Of a stretch of 64,000 bases of DNA, positions 1-17,017 are shown one piece after another. Both the position numbers and the translations under genes were made by a program. This DNA comes from Octopus vulgaris (Eukaryota), in the NCBI GenBank assembly GCA_951406725.2, contig OX597818.1, forward strand, positions 109,678,001 through 109,742,000, read 5' to 3'. Below the pieces are notes generated by a model that was not told the DNA's origin, ran no database searches, and worked only from the letters and a program-made list of their open reading frames with translations. Position 1 is the first letter of the stretch, and each line of letters begins with the position of its first letter.

Positions 1-135
1 TAATAGAGCGAGAACACCATTAGAAAATAAGAAAACTAAAAGAAGCAGCACATATGCTAGGACACAACATCCTTCTAAGCAGACTGAGTGCAGATATGAA
101 CAGCAAATGGAACCAGTATTAAGGAAGGATAGGAG
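1..135 (+). mobile_element. Penelope-like element 3' ORF remnant (C-terminus of GIY-YIG endonuclease)
   Basis: Manual translation IEREHH*KIRKLKEAAHMLGHNILLSRLSADMNSKW resembles the RKxKEAxxI...LNR...W tail of PLE GIY-YIG domains; followed by a hammerhead-bearing pLTR-like segment. Confidence 0.6.
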
Positions 136-259
136 AATATTAGATTTATAAGCCCTAAAAAATTCACTGTATAATTGCCCCCCCCCCAGGCATGTGGCAT
201 AGTGGTGAAGAGTTCGATTCCAGGCAGTGACCTTAATAATAACATCGAAAATTCCCCAA

Positions 260-305
260 GACACCTGATGAAGGCTGAAAGGTATATCAGCCGAAACGTT
301 GTGTT
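260..305 (+). ncRNA. Minimal type I hammerhead ribozyme
   Basis: Stem I ACAC/GTGT, core CTGATGA 265-271, stem II GGCTGA/TCAGCC, GAAA 293-296, palindromic stem III AACGTT, GUU triplet. Confidence 0.7.
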
Positions 306-359
306 AACAACAAACAAGATGAGGAGAAATATCCATCAAATGTAAATAATAGACATAAT

Positions 360-685
360 ACTGTGAGTGATAGGGAACAAAATTCATGCGCTGTTGCAGA
401 GATCAGCTGCCCAGGGGATGAAAATGTATAATCAGAAGTTGAGAGAAAAGAAAATATTTGCGGTGAATTAAGGCGGAACTTAGAGCTCTTGAACCCTGAC
501 TATAAAAATTCTTTTGCACCTATCATCGTAGGTGCATTAAGCTATGTATCTTTAGATTTACTTATCATCCTAGGAACTGGATTTTTCGAGGAAAGAACAA
601 AAGAAATTGGTGCATATCCTCTCAATTCTGTCTGTTAGTGGCACAGTGAAGGTTTGTAAGACATTCCAAAGATTCTTCATTTGAT
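360..685 (+). mobile_element. R4/Dong-like non-LTR retrotransposon 3' remnant (restriction-like endonuclease domain)
   Basis: Translation ..AEISCPGDENV*..KENICGELRRNLELLNPDYK..PIIVGALSYV..GTVKVCKTF; homologous to fragments at 8638-8862 and 9461-9576. Confidence 0.6.
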
Positions 686-1149
686 ATTATTTATATGATG
701 AGGTTCGCATATTTGATTTTTGGGCATTAAAAATTCAGTCAACATCTCAACTCAACGACGTGATTAAGAACACCGGGAACTCCCTTAACTGAAAGAGTCA
801 TGTCGCTTTGTTGGCGACCGGCTTCAACTCTCTTATGAGCCGTTCAAGAATTTGGACCTGGAGATCTCCATTTCCAGCGACTTCGAGAGCCACCTCCCAG
901 TGGTGTCGGGCGTCAACGAAGAGCTCTCGACTACAACAAGACGACCAAAGTTTTTTTTTCCAAGGTCTAGGGTCTCCTGCCCGTAAGCCCTAGACCATCA
1001 CCTAATCACCCTTATCCGTCTTGTTGCTAAACAACAACAACAACTCTCTTATGAAGAACTTAAATAAATCTCAAAGAAAAAAACACACACATACATATAT
1101 GCAACTCATGGCCATAGACGACCATCACAGACGACAAAAAGTGAATGAA

Positions 1150-1500
1150 TAAACACTGCTAGGATACACTGTCGCAGGGGGAGATTTCAAGGAGATCGTC
1201 TTTCTGTAGGATTATAAATACTTTCAGTGAACGCCTTGTTCATTTTGTTGAGAAAACACGAAGAAAAAAGCACCAAACGCTAGACAAAACTAGCTTCTGG
1301 GTGACCTGAAGTATATATCGAAAATACGAATGCGTTAAAGAAAACCGAAAATATGAACAGGAGCCTTGACCTGGTTACGAAATTCTCAAAGGACATAGGG
1401 GTAGAATTTGGTCAGAAAAAAAATTGTTCCTTCTCGATTTTTAAACAAGAAGAATCAACACGTGAAGGCAATAATCTCACAAATAATGGTCTGACTAAAA
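1150..1500 (+). mobile_element. Degenerate R4-like reverse transcriptase fragment
   Basis: FQGDRLS (QGD motif), GDLK (DDLK-like), VTKFSKDIGVEFGQKK. Confidence 0.5.
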
Positions 1501-1899
1501 TGTGTATCACGGAATTGAACCCATCACCCAGAGGATGATGTCTAAATTCAAATGAAAGAACTTTGTTTCTTGGTTAGAAACCAGCATTTTCACACACGAA
1601 TTACTGACATTCTAATCGATAGTGTTTAAATCCCAATAAAAGAACCTTGTCTTTGTTGGGGATAGAAACCTGTTCTTCTGTATTGGTGAGAAGTTTGAAA
1701 CATAAAATACGTTAAATCTAAATACCTTCTATTATGATGTTATTTAGGTCAAATCATACAATGCTCTTTTGAAATATGAATATTAAAATGTTTTCCATTG
1801 TTTGGTTGGGTTAGTTTACTAATTTCATGCAAAGACCAAGGCCACACCGCAATAGTAAATAGCAATGGGTTTGGCGTCAATGGAAAATACCTGAGACGA

Positions 1900-2350
1900 A
1901 GGCGGCGAGCTGGCAGAAATGTTAGCACGCCGGGCAAAATGCTTTGTGGCATTTCGTCCGCCGCTGCGTTCTGTGTTCAAATTCCGCCGAGGCCGACTTT
2001 GCCTTTCATCCTTTCGGGGTCTATAAATTAAGTACCAATTACGCACTGGGGTCGATGAAAACGACTTAATCCCTTTGTCTGTCCTTGTTTGTCCCCTCTA
2101 TGTTTAGCCCCCTAGTGGGCAATAAAGAAATAAGAAATGTTAGCACGCCGGGCGAAATGCGTAGCCGTATTTCGTTTGCCGTTACGTTCCGAGTTCAAAT
2201 TCCGCCGGGGTCGACTTTGCCTTTCATCCTTTCGGGGTCGATTAAATAAGTACCAGTTACGCACTGGGGTCGATGTAATCGACTTAATCCGTTTGTCTGT
2301 CCTTGTTTGTCCTCTCTGTGCATAGCCCTTTGTGGGTAGTAAAGAAATAG
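1900..2350 (+). mobile_element. SINE family A, tandem dimer
   Basis: GGCGGCGAGCTGGCAGAA head, GTTCAAATTCC B-box, central GTCGACTTTGCCTTTCATCCTTTCGGGGTCGAT domain, tail ..GTGGG.AATAAAGAAATA; two head-to-tail units. Confidence 0.85.
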
Positions 2351-2699
2351 GAGAATACCTGAGACGCTACAGCTGTGAACCAAAAAACAATATAACGTTT
2401 CGTTAGTTTGCGATCTAAGTTCGAAACTCGCCTGAGTCGCCTTCACCATTCAACCCCTCAAGTGTTGACGTAATATGAACAGGTCAGCTAATGGAATAGA
2501 AAATATCGATTAGTACTCCGAATGATTATTGGTGGCCTTGTGACAACATAGATCGATATTCTGACAACTATTGATTTAATCGATTTCAAGCTGCAGCGAC
2601 ATATTTGGGTCATAATAAAATTGTAAACAACTGGCAAGTTACACTGCATCGCTGTTCTACTTTACTGTGAGCAAAAGAAAGGAAGGAAGACAAAAGAAA

Positions 2700-2910
2700 G
2701 GTTTGCACGCCGGGCGAAATGCGTAGCCGTATTCCGTCTGCCGTTACGTTCTGAGTTCAAATTCCGCCGGGGTCGACTTTGCCTTTAATCCTTTCGGGGT
2801 CGATTAAATAAGTACCAGTTACGCACTGGGGTCGATGTAATCGACTTAATCCGTCTGTCTGTCATTGTTTGTCCCCTCTGTGTATAGCCCCTTGTGGGCA
2901 GTAAAGAAAT
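2700..2910 (+). mobile_element. SINE family A copy
   Basis: Near-identical to 2135-2350. Confidence 0.85.
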
Positions 2911-3741
2911 GTATGAGCAAAAGAAAGAACCTCGACCTAGCAACAGTTTGCAAGAAATAACAGCCGAATATCTCTCGAAATGGCATACTAACATAATTAA
3001 AAAAAAACTAGCGAACAATTTATAGCATAATGTCGTCGGACTGTAGAGTCCGTTAGAGTTCTGGGATCCCCTCGTTGATGAGAACAGGTGCACTGTGAGA
3101 GTATAACATCTGTAGGATCTCTTTTGACTGAGCTGCAGCCCTCAGTAAATCCTAGATTCATGGAATGTTTTCCGGTACTCGGAGCATTCAAATAACCACA
3201 AAATGCAGCCGGTGGAACGTCTGTTATATCAAACCTTTTTATTATTTCGTTGTTTAGTAAAGCACAAGCGATTACGCAATCTCTTGCTCTCCATGAATAT
3301 ATTCGTATCAGTATGTATGGGTGCAGGCATGGCCGAATTACGAACAAATTCCCTTGAGATCATAAGTTCCTGAGAGCTAAGTCATTGCGTAGGATTTTGA
3401 GCGTCTTCTATCATAATCTCTTTTACTCAATGCAAGCATTTTGAGCGAAATCGAATAACGGGAAATCGTCCGAAAATCCGGAGTGTGAAATTTACTCGTA
3501 ATGTCGAGGATCGGTTTTGTAATACGTGGGTCTCCGTTCAATTTCTGGCTTTGACAGATCCTGACATCAACCGAGTCCACGCAGAGATCCGTGTTCACAG
3601 GGTTTTCCGTGTCAACTTGGTTTTTAGATAAAAAGTAGGTACTGAAGGGGAGTCAATTGAAAACACTGACGACACACACACACACTCAGAGTGATATATA
3701 TGTATGTGTATGTGTATGTGCATATACATACATACATATAT

Positions 3742-8209
<4,468 letters not shown>

Positions 8210-8637
8210 AAAAAATATATATATAAAACTACAAAATGGGACAAGAACGCAAAACATTGAAATAGACGACACAAAAAACGGACGGGTCATTCGAAGCCTC
8301 TAATCTTCAGTCAAGAACCGGATCATCCTCGCAATTTTGGCTGCTTAACTTGAGATCGCTCCGATCCGGCCAGCCCCAAGGAAAAACTAAGCTACGAGCA
8401 TTAGATTTCTTGGAAAAAGGATCGAATGTATACGAAACAAGGACAGAAAAACGGACGATGCCACACGAATATAAATACAAAAAACAATAATAGTAATAAC
8501 AGGACGAAAACAGCGGGTGTCTTACGACTTTAGACAGTTCAACTTAGCTTATATATTTATTTATACTAGCAGTAATACCCGTCGTTGATCGAGTAATTCC
8601 TTTTACCGATTGTCGGCAGCCACATGCTCATATACGT

Positions 8638-8862
8638 TTAAATGATAAACTTCTGGAAAGTTTTATAGATTTTTACAGTTCCAATGACGGATTGAATCTG
8701 TAGTCTTCGAATTAGCCTTCTCCTTTCTGGTTTTGAGAAGCCTAATTTCTCAAGATTGGTATTTAGGGAATGTGTTACTTATCCCATGGTCCCAATAATT
8801 ACAGGTATAAACCTGAACTTGTACTCTAGATAGAGTAACTGCAGATTTTTCAATAGTTCAGT
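8638..8862 (-). mobile_element. R4/Dong-like LINE 3' end fragment
   Basis: ELLKNLQLLYLEYKFRFIPVIIG..LEKLGFSKPERRRLIRRLQIQSVIGTVKIYKTFQKFII*. Confidence 0.65.
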
Positions 8863-8863
8863 G

Positions 8864-9363
8864 AATGTATGTATGTATGTATGTATGTATGTATGTATGT
8901 ATGTATGTATGTATGTATGTATTTATGTATGTATGTATGTATGTATGTATGTATGTATGTATGTATGTATGTATGTGTGTGTGTGTATGTATGTATGTAT
9001 GTATGTATGTATGTATGTATGTATGTATGCATGCATGTATCTTTGTATGTATGCATGTATGTATGTATGTATCTATGTATGTATGTGTGTATGTATGTAT
9101 GTATGTATGTATGTATGTATGTATGTATGTATGTATGTATGTATGTATGTATGTATGTATGTATTTATATATGTATGTATGTGTATGTATGTATGTATGT
9201 GTGTATGTATGTATGTATGTTTGTTTGTATGTATGTATGTATGTATGTATGTATGTTTGTTTGTATGTATGCATGTATGTATGTATGTATGCATGTATGC
9301 ATGTATGTATGTATGTATGTATGTATGTATGCATGCATGTATGTATGTATGTATGTATGTATG

Positions 9364-9394
<31 letters not shown>

Positions 9395-9400
9395 TGTATG
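8864..9400. repeat. (ATGT)n microsatellite
   Basis: Direct inspection; a second tract lies at 9576-9710. Confidence 0.95.
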
Positions 9401-9460
9401 TATGAAAGTGCAAATTTGTATGTTTTATCTATGTATTCTCATGCATATAGTTACAGATAG

Positions 9461-9573
9461 TTAAGATTGGTATTTAGGCAGTGTATTACATATCCCAGTA
9501 CCCCAATAATTACAGGTATAGACCTGAACTTGTAATCTGGATAGAGTAACTGCAGATTTCTCAATAGTTCAGC

Positions 9574-9576
<3 letters not shown>
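9461..9576 (-). mobile_element. Second R4/Dong-like LINE fragment
   Basis: YAELLRNLQLLYPDYKFRSIPVIIGVLGYV; homologous to 8750-8862. Confidence 0.65.
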
Positions 9577-9604
<28 letters not shown>

Positions 9605-10199
9605 TGTATGTATGTATGTATGTATGTATGTATGTATGTATGTATGTATGTATGTATGTATGTATGTATGCATGTATGTTTGTATGTATGTTTGTTTGTA
9701 TGTATGTATGTTGTCTGATATAATAAGTCGTCATTCAGGCACTTTAAAAGATGTCGATTTTTTCCAGCTAATTCTGTAAAGCGGACGACCAGCAAAAACC
9801 CTTCACATTGGTTAAATAAACCATTACGCTAATAACGCACGAAATATCGCGTACTTCAGTAAAACGAAAATAATTTCGACATACAAAAGCTATAATTCCC
9901 AGATTGCAATCTGGGGGCAATAATGAAATGTGATGTGATATTCTGAAATAAGATATGACAAATAAATATGAAATATGAGATAATACAATAATGCAAATTG
10001 TGAAAGGGTAATGGCTTTTAGCTGTGGTGGTTATTGAAACTGGTAGATGAGAGGTGGAAACATTTTGAAGGAATTTTAAAGAAACATTATTAAAATAATA
10101 ATTGGATGGTTAAATATATCTCTTTATCGCGTAACCAGGGCAGCCAATTGTAGGAGTGCCATTTGGGACGCTCTAGCGAGAGGTATTTTCCACTGGCCC

Positions 10200-10620
10200 C
10201 TCTCCTCTGTCGTACACGGAAGTACTGTTGAAACCTATCCAGTCCCTCGTACCAAAATTTTCTTTGCTTGACTTTCTTCGAAAATGCCTTTCAACAAGGA
10301 GTCGTGTCGGAATACATATCAACACGAGGGGAGATTCCGTCGCTCTGCTATGGTAAGGAGTGCTTATATTTGGTGATATTCGTTCCTACCAACGTAATTG
10401 ACTTGTATTCTGTGGTCAGGATGCGTATCTGCTTTCTGAAGCACTTATGCTCGAATGCTAGGATTCCGTGTCCCTTATCAGCAGTGAGTCTACAACCTCC
10501 AGGCCTATACAAAATCATCGAAGTCTCGTGGGGCTTTCTTAGTTTGAGCTATTTTTACAAAACTGCTAGAACTGTTTTTCTATTTGCGATTCAGCTTCTT
10601 TATGGCAGATGAGGTAAGAC
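10200..10620 (-). mobile_element. Degenerate RTE-like LINE C-terminal fragment
   Basis: Manual translation gives ..SMILY..ILAFEHKCFRK..RHDSLLKGIFE, resembling the post-RT region of RTE elements. Confidence 0.4.
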
Positions 10621-11199
10621 CAAGCCTTTCTGTTTTCTCCTTTATAGAGCTGCAGCCCTCGCTCCAAGAGGATCCATGGTATTTTAAGTTGTCCATCTTT
10701 TTTAAAGGTTTTGTACTTTCAGCTTTATGCTGCTTACTGCATTGTGGTTAAGGCCATAACTCAGAATTTTATTCTTTTCGGAACTTCCATTCCGTTTGCC
10801 TCTGACTTCTATTCAAGTTTGGCGGTGAGCTTCAGGTGCTCTGTGTCGCTGCTTCCAATTACGACGATATCGACAGCAAAAAACAAAAAAAAAAGAAGCT
10901 TTTTCAAAATGTCTATCTTTTACGTTGAATGTTATCGCAGTCTAGGATTTCAAAAAATATAGCCAACATGTTAAATCTGTATTTCAAATATGATGATTTA
11001 TACCAGCATTTTATAGCATCCATGTGACTGGTTTGTGTCTCCTCATCAACTGCATGTATATAACTTATCCACTCATATTAAAAGGCTCTTAATTAATTTG
11101 ACTGCACCTTTCTTAACATATATAATATTAGACGGCACTTATCAGTAGGTGCTTACAGACTTCTGCCATTCGGGAGTTATTCTACGTTGGTGTTCTGTA

Positions 11200-11760
11200 A
11201 GTGGGTGAGTGGCTGGCAAGAAAGATGACTTTCTCGGGGAGTCTCTGGGCCTTGACGAGAATCAACTGGCTGATCTGTTCCGGAGAACTTTCCAGACGGT
11301 GCTACCGGGGTGGTAAAGCATTTCCGGTTAGAAATAAACTTTGCAAGCATCTCAGTGTGCGCAGAACGAGAAAACGGTTCCGTACACACCCTTCAAGAGT
11401 ATTGCTGATCTGCTGAATGTTATGTCGAACATCTATTGTGGCACGAACGATGGAGCTGGCCAACAGCTGAATCCATTGTGAAAATCACCCCGACGCCTTC
11501 CTTTGGCTGGAAATGACAGGCAGTGTTTATCTGCCTGGTGGCCTTAACGAAAGAGGTTGTGTGGTAGACTAAACTGAAAGGGCTGAAGACAGACGCCTTG
11601 CTCTTGGCTTAAGCCTTCGCTTTCCTTTTTAAGTTTCACCTGAAAAAGAAAGGAAGAGTGGTGAAGGAAGCGATGCCTCCCAACAAGACTGAAGGAAAAA
11701 GATGGGCAGAGGCCACGTGCCATAGTGTCCAAGGGGATTGTGGTTATGTGAGGCATCTAG
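11200..11760 (+). mobile_element. Degenerate L1/Tx1-like ORF2 3' fragment
   Basis: GESLGLDENQLADLFRRTF, PVRNKLCKH, VFICLVALTKEVVW*TKLKGL resemble the Tx1-type C-terminal region. Confidence 0.4.
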
Positions 11761-12076
11761 GAGAAACCCTTGGATGTCTCTTCCTTACAAAGAATCCTTT
11801 CTTCTTTCACCTTTTTGTTTCTTTGTTTCTGTTATTTTACTCCTCTCACACATTTATGCACCCCCAACCCACGCCACCACATTGTATTGTGTCGTCCTGT
11901 ACAGTCCTTGATTTTATTGAAGATATTAATCAAGAGAATATTATTATTAGCCGAGGTCGACTTTGCCTTTCATCCTTTCTGGATCGATGAAATAAATACC
12001 AGTGAAGCACTGGGGTCGTTACAATCGACGAGTCCCCTCACCCCAAATTTCAGACCTTGTGCCTTTTGTAGAAACG

Positions 12077-12077
<1 letters not shown>

Positions 12078-12112
<35 letters not shown>

Positions 12113-12395
12113 GTTGTTGTTGTTGTTATTATTATTATTATTGTTATTATTAATGTTGTTGTTGTTATTATTATTATTATAGTTATTATTGTTGTTATTA
12201 TTATTATAATTATTGTTGTTGTTGTTGTTATTATTATTATTATTATTGTTATTATTGTTATTATTGTTGTTGTTGTTGTTATTATTATTATTATTATTAT
12301 TATTGTTATTATTGTTGTTATTATTGTTGTTATTATTGTTGTTATTATTATTATAATTATTATTGTTGTTGTTGTTGTTATTATTATTATTATTA
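12078..12395. repeat. (ATT/GTT)n microsatellite after a SINE A tail
   Basis: Direct inspection. Confidence 0.95.
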
Positions 12396-12785
12396 TGATG
12401 GTAGTCAGTATTCTTCCAACCCTTTTCATTTTACGTTCAATTTCAGACGAGCTTAACTGTGCCTTTCTTCCCTCCAGGGCTGACCGATGAAAAAAAAAAA
12501 AAAAGTAACAGCAAAGTATTGGAATCAATCATACTGACTAATTCCTCCCTTCGAAATTTCGGTCCTTGTACCAACTTCAGCCGAGATTAATAACATTCCT
12601 TGTGTGTGTGTGTGTGTGCGTACATTGCTCTTTAAGTTTTGAGTGCAAATGCCGCCGAGCTCAACTTTGCCTGTCGTGCTTCCCTGAGTTGATAAAATAA
12701 AGTACGAGTCAAGTACTGAAGTTAATAGCATCGATTAATCCCCCTCCCCTCAAAATCATTGATTTTTGTGCCTAAAATGAAAAGC

Positions 12786-12819
<34 letters not shown>

Positions 12820-14734
12820 GTTGTTATTATTATTATTATTGTTATGATTATGATTATGATTATTGTTATTGTTATTATTATTATTATTGTTATTATTATT
12901 TCGTGAATGCTCTTGAATAGCTGGAAGAGTTTAGGTATTTTACCGTTACCAAGGTGAATGAAATGTTTATTGTTCATTTGAATTATACAAAGCAGAACTT
13001 TATGGAATATTTTTGAATTTATTTCATCCAAAACAAAACGAAAAAAAAGGTTGATCTTTTAATATCTTTCTTTTTTGTTCGGTCATTTGTAAATGATGGC
13101 GTCTAAAACAACAAAAACGTGTGTCTGCAGTTTGCAGAAGACGGGAAATACGGGAGAAGCAGACGTTTGCCAGAAATAAATTTCTTTGTCGCAAGAAACA
13201 AATGGGAGAAAAATATTGACAAATCAAATTAAAGTTTGGTAACTTTATTTACTATAATGGCAGCAAGCTTCATCGGATGAAGGTGCCGCATATTCCAATC
13301 AGAACCAGTTGGATTATAGAGAAATATGTGGTTTGGGGTAGACATTGTTGTTCTCAGTAGTCTCGGCAACCTTAACTCCCATATTTGAACGTTTTGTTCA
13401 TCTTCATATAAATGGATGAATAAACACATAAATAAATAAATAAATATACACGCGAATAACAATTGTAACAAAACTCGTTTATTTTTCTTTATAAAAATAT
13501 AAAAGAATTTATTCTGAAGCCATCCGCAAATGTTCAGCTGATTTGGAACAGTTTCCAGTAGCAGCGATCCGGTGACTTTAGTTCAATATTCTTGTGTGGC
13601 CAACACAGCTGGAACAAAATCCACACTCAGGGATATGCTATACCCGAGATCTGGTGAAAAATTGATTCCAGACTTGAGAAACACGACCGTATATAATCAA
13701 CGAGGGTTTTTAAAATCAGTCTTTTTAGGTAGAACAGGCGCCGGGCAAAAGTCGATGTCTTGATACTTAAGCGTTCGATTCACAGTGTTTTCAACGTTTG
13801 TATTCTTTCTGAATTCAAGATCTGAAATAAATGAAGAACTTTATGTTAGTGTTGTTTGCATTTTGATATTGACGAGTCCCAGAACCAAGCGAGACGTTAA
13901 AGAATTATTTACGACTTTGGCTTCGCATTGTATTCTATGTCGACCAGATCATCTTGGTGGAATTGGTTATTAGCCTCCAAGATGTGTCGAGCAGAATTTT
14001 GAATTCAATATTGAGAGTTAAGGAAACAAATTATCTTCTTGTGTCATAGGTTTATATCTATGTATATTGGACATTTGAGAGTTAAGTATCTTGCCTAAGA
14101 ACACCATCCAACATAAGTGACGTGATAAGTTTTACCAAAAATTCATGTCTTTTATATAAATAGTTTTTTTGTTTTTTTTTGCCTTACTCCTTGAATATCT
14201 ACCGATTATTTTCAGAAATATGAAATGAAACTCGTTAGAAATTATTTTGGTTGGTGTTTCTGCCACTTTCAAAGGCCATGGTGGCACTAAGAAAGATCGT
14301 GGTCATTGCTGCTCTTCCACCGTCGAGGATTCTCTTTAAAGAATCTGTCAAAGAAGATTCTATTCCTCCTTACTGTACCTTCCAAACCTATCCTGGTCTT
14401 ATTTAGCTCCGGGTCAGCCTTAAGTAAACCTATTATCACAGGAACCTCAGCCATGTTCATCTGGAAGGTGGGAGAATGTGGAGAGGTGGTAAGCCCTGGT
14501 ACAAGGCCCAATGTGTCCCTCCTTTTTAATTCGGTCGGGTATGATATAAGGGAATTAAAGTACTATTTTTTTTAACAGGTCAAATAACTGCATCTATAAT
14601 AGTTTAGATATTTTAAGAATATAGCCATGGCTATCTTGTCTTACATAGAACTGCAGCTAACTATTTCAGTTGTTGCTAATTCCGTAACAGGTTCGCAACA
14701 GAAAGAGGAATATCTAAATGGAAATCTTTAAGAC

Positions 14735-14953
14735 TTACTTGGAATTCGATCGTGCTCTGTTGTTATAATTGTTATTCATGAGTTTCTGTAAGGTTTTGCG
14801 GTTGTGGCCATTAGGGTCATGTCTGTTGGTGTGTTCTCTGGCTTCTTTCTTTGATCGACCTTTACCACTATGGCCAACATGGATGTATTGGTCACGGTAC
14901 ATGCTCATTACGTCGTATTCGTCCATGTAGTTCGCCACAAAGAAATCAGTCAT
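14735..14953 (-). CDS. NUPR1: Nuclear protein 1 / p8 stress-response chromatin protein (72 aa)
   Basis: MTDFFVANYMDEYDVMSMYRDQYIHVGHSGKGRSKKEAREHTNRHDPNGHNRKTLQKLMN matches the p8 signature (DEY..GHSGKxRxKxEAxEHTNxxDPxGHxRKxxxKLxN); ATG at 14953 in AAGATGA context, TAA at 14735-14737. Confidence 0.9.
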   Translation of the reverse strand: MTDFFVANYMDEYDVMSMYRDQYIHVGHSGKGRSKKEAREHTNRHDPNGHNRKTLQKLMNNNYNNRARSNSK

Positions 14954-14994
14954 CTTCAACTTTTCCGATTCTTGACGCCGATAGAATTAATAGC

Positions 14995-15040
14995 CTGAAA
15001 ACACAAAGACAAAGGAGATTATTATTCGTTAAATCCGTTT
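14995..15040 (-). promoter_or_regulatory. 3' splice acceptor of the NUPR1 coding exon
   Basis: Minus strand TTAAC..CCTTTGTCTTTGTGTTTTCAG|G, 41 nt upstream of the ATG. Confidence 0.7.
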
Positions 15041-15421
15041 AAAACGAAATGTGATAGTATTCAACCACTGTAGTAGTTGAATGTATTCTTAAGCCCACCA
15101 TTTTGTCAATCGCAGAAGCTCCCAAGCTTCGCCAGTAATTCAGTTCTCAACCAAATTGCAAACTGTTAACAGTTTTAAAGAGGGCACCTCCTCAGCTATA
15201 TTTTGGCATAAATAGTTTGTGATTTGGCTTAATAGAAAAAAAGTTACATTAAAATGTCTGCGACCTCAAGGGGGGCAGTAAGGTACCTATTCATCTTCAA
15301 TTAACATAATTTTTTTTTTTATTATTTTAAAATAAAAGTATACTTTTCTTGACGCCGATAGAATTAATAGCCTGAAAACACAAAGACAAAGGGGATTATT
15401 ATTTGTTAATTTCGTTTAAAC

Positions 15422-16070
15422 CAGGGGTCGCCAAACCCTTTTCGACCATCAACCCCCTTTAGCCACTTTCCCTTCCGCATCAACCACCCTCCTCATTTAA
15501 AATACCTTAAAACTCTACCCTACCGTACCATATCTTAAATGCGTACCGGGTACTGATGCTGGCAATTAAAATGTTAGCTAAAACATACAGGTACGACAAA
15601 TGAAGAACTTCTATTGAAGATGACACACTTTTTACGTTGAAAACTTCGTGTTTGAGTATACAGTATTAAACTTTCGATTCTTACGAAATTGTTTTCACGG
15701 TTAGAAAATGTGAAAAACGCATCAAATTGCTGGAATATCTTTTATTGAAATTGACAACATCAATGTGAGGGATGAGGATGGTGATCCTGAATCAAGGTAT
15801 TGATATCCGGCTGAATGTTGGTCAGTTTCAGTCTGAAATCGCCTCGTTCCTCCGGCTTCAGTCGATTTCTCTGTTTGCTGAGGATTGCATTTGCATGGCT
15901 AAAGCCAGCTTCCACCATGTAAGAGCTAGGAAATGCCAGAAGCAATGGCTCAGCTGCCGCTTCTAACGTGTGAGTACCTTTCACTTGTTTTCTTATTGTA
16001 CCAAAAATCTCTCTGACTTCTGATCTCAAAAAAGGCTTTCGCCACAATATCGACGCTCAAATCATCAAGT
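15422..16070 (-). mobile_element. hAT (Buster/Charlie-type) transposon 3' remnant
   Basis: TIR CAGGGGTCGCCAAAC at 15422 after GTTTAAAC; ORF 15760-16047 LLAFPSSYMVEAGFS..KQRNRL..GDFRLKLTNIQPDI..HPSH is a hAT C-terminal dimerisation domain. Confidence 0.8.
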
Positions 16071-16144
16071 TCGGTGATAGAGAGACAACCGCAGCATGAA
16101 GAACGGTGTAGCATTCAAGTGATCAACATTCCCGCTTCACAAAT

Positions 16145-16350
16145 CCTATTTCTTTACTACTCACAAGGGGCTAAACACAGAGGGGACAAACAAGGACAGA
16201 CAAACGGATTAAGTCGATTATATCGACCCCAGTGCGTAACTGGTACTTATTTAATCGATCCCGAAAGGATGAAAGGCAAAGTCGATCTCGGTGGAATTTG
16301 AACTCAGAACGTAACGGCAGACGAAATACCTATTTCTTTACTACTCACAG
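16145..16350 (-). mobile_element. SINE family A copy
   Basis: Reverse complement of family A. Confidence 0.85.
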
Positions 16351-16972
16351 GAACCAATATTTTGTTGTGATGGTGTAGATTTAAGTATATCGATCTTAGC
16401 ATATTATCGATACGTTCCTATTGATCGCAGATCGATGAAAGGCGAAGATTAGTTACCTCAGTGATATTATAGATAATCCCAAATTAGTCGACCGGTCATA
16501 TTGGTGTTTAGTACCAATGTGAGATACGGGATCTCTAAGTGGGGTAGCGAGAAGTCACCTGACATACTAGGGATAATAAGTAAATGTCTCGTCAATACGT
16601 GGATGATCACGCCTGGAACGCTTTGATTGAACGGCTCTGAGAAATCGAGCACAACACTACTAACACGATCGTAACACAACCATTGTTGAGAAACTGCCTT
16701 TCGCTCTTTGAAATATGAGCTCAGTAATTACCCACCTGGATTGTATGAGCATATGGAGGTGAAGAAAGGATGTTTACTTCTTGAGAGTGATCAGGTAACA
16801 TAGAGTCGAAGAGTGTGCGTGTGTGTGGGTAGAGAGAGAGAAAGAGAGAGAGGGGGGCTGGGAAGGTAGAGCGATGTAATGAGGTTGGGGTACGGAATGA
16901 TGGGGGTGGGGCTGTTAGTTGAAGAACTCTGAAAGTTGTTGGGGAAGTTTACTACTACTACTACTACTACTG

Positions 16973-17017
<45 letters not shown>

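Larger units (their letters stand above)
8566..10106 (-). mobile_element. Non-autonomous Helitron-like element carrying LINE tails and (CATA)n
   Basis: Minus 3' end hairpin TACTCG/CGGGTA then CTAG at 8566-8569; minus 5' end A|TCCAATTATTATTTTAATAATG similar to the 5' end at 51332; A|T insertion site. Confidence 0.55.

Noticed and set aside
960-1000. GGTCTAGGG..CCCTAGACC hairpin as an HDV-like ribozyme or terminator
   Set aside because: Nested pseudoknot elements could not be identified by eye
8280-8320. Minus-strand CTGAAGA..CGAAT hammerhead-like motif
   Set aside because: Stem II and stem I pairing are not convincing
14287-14575. ORFs just downstream of NUPR1
   Set aside because: No recognisable homology; probably 3' UTR
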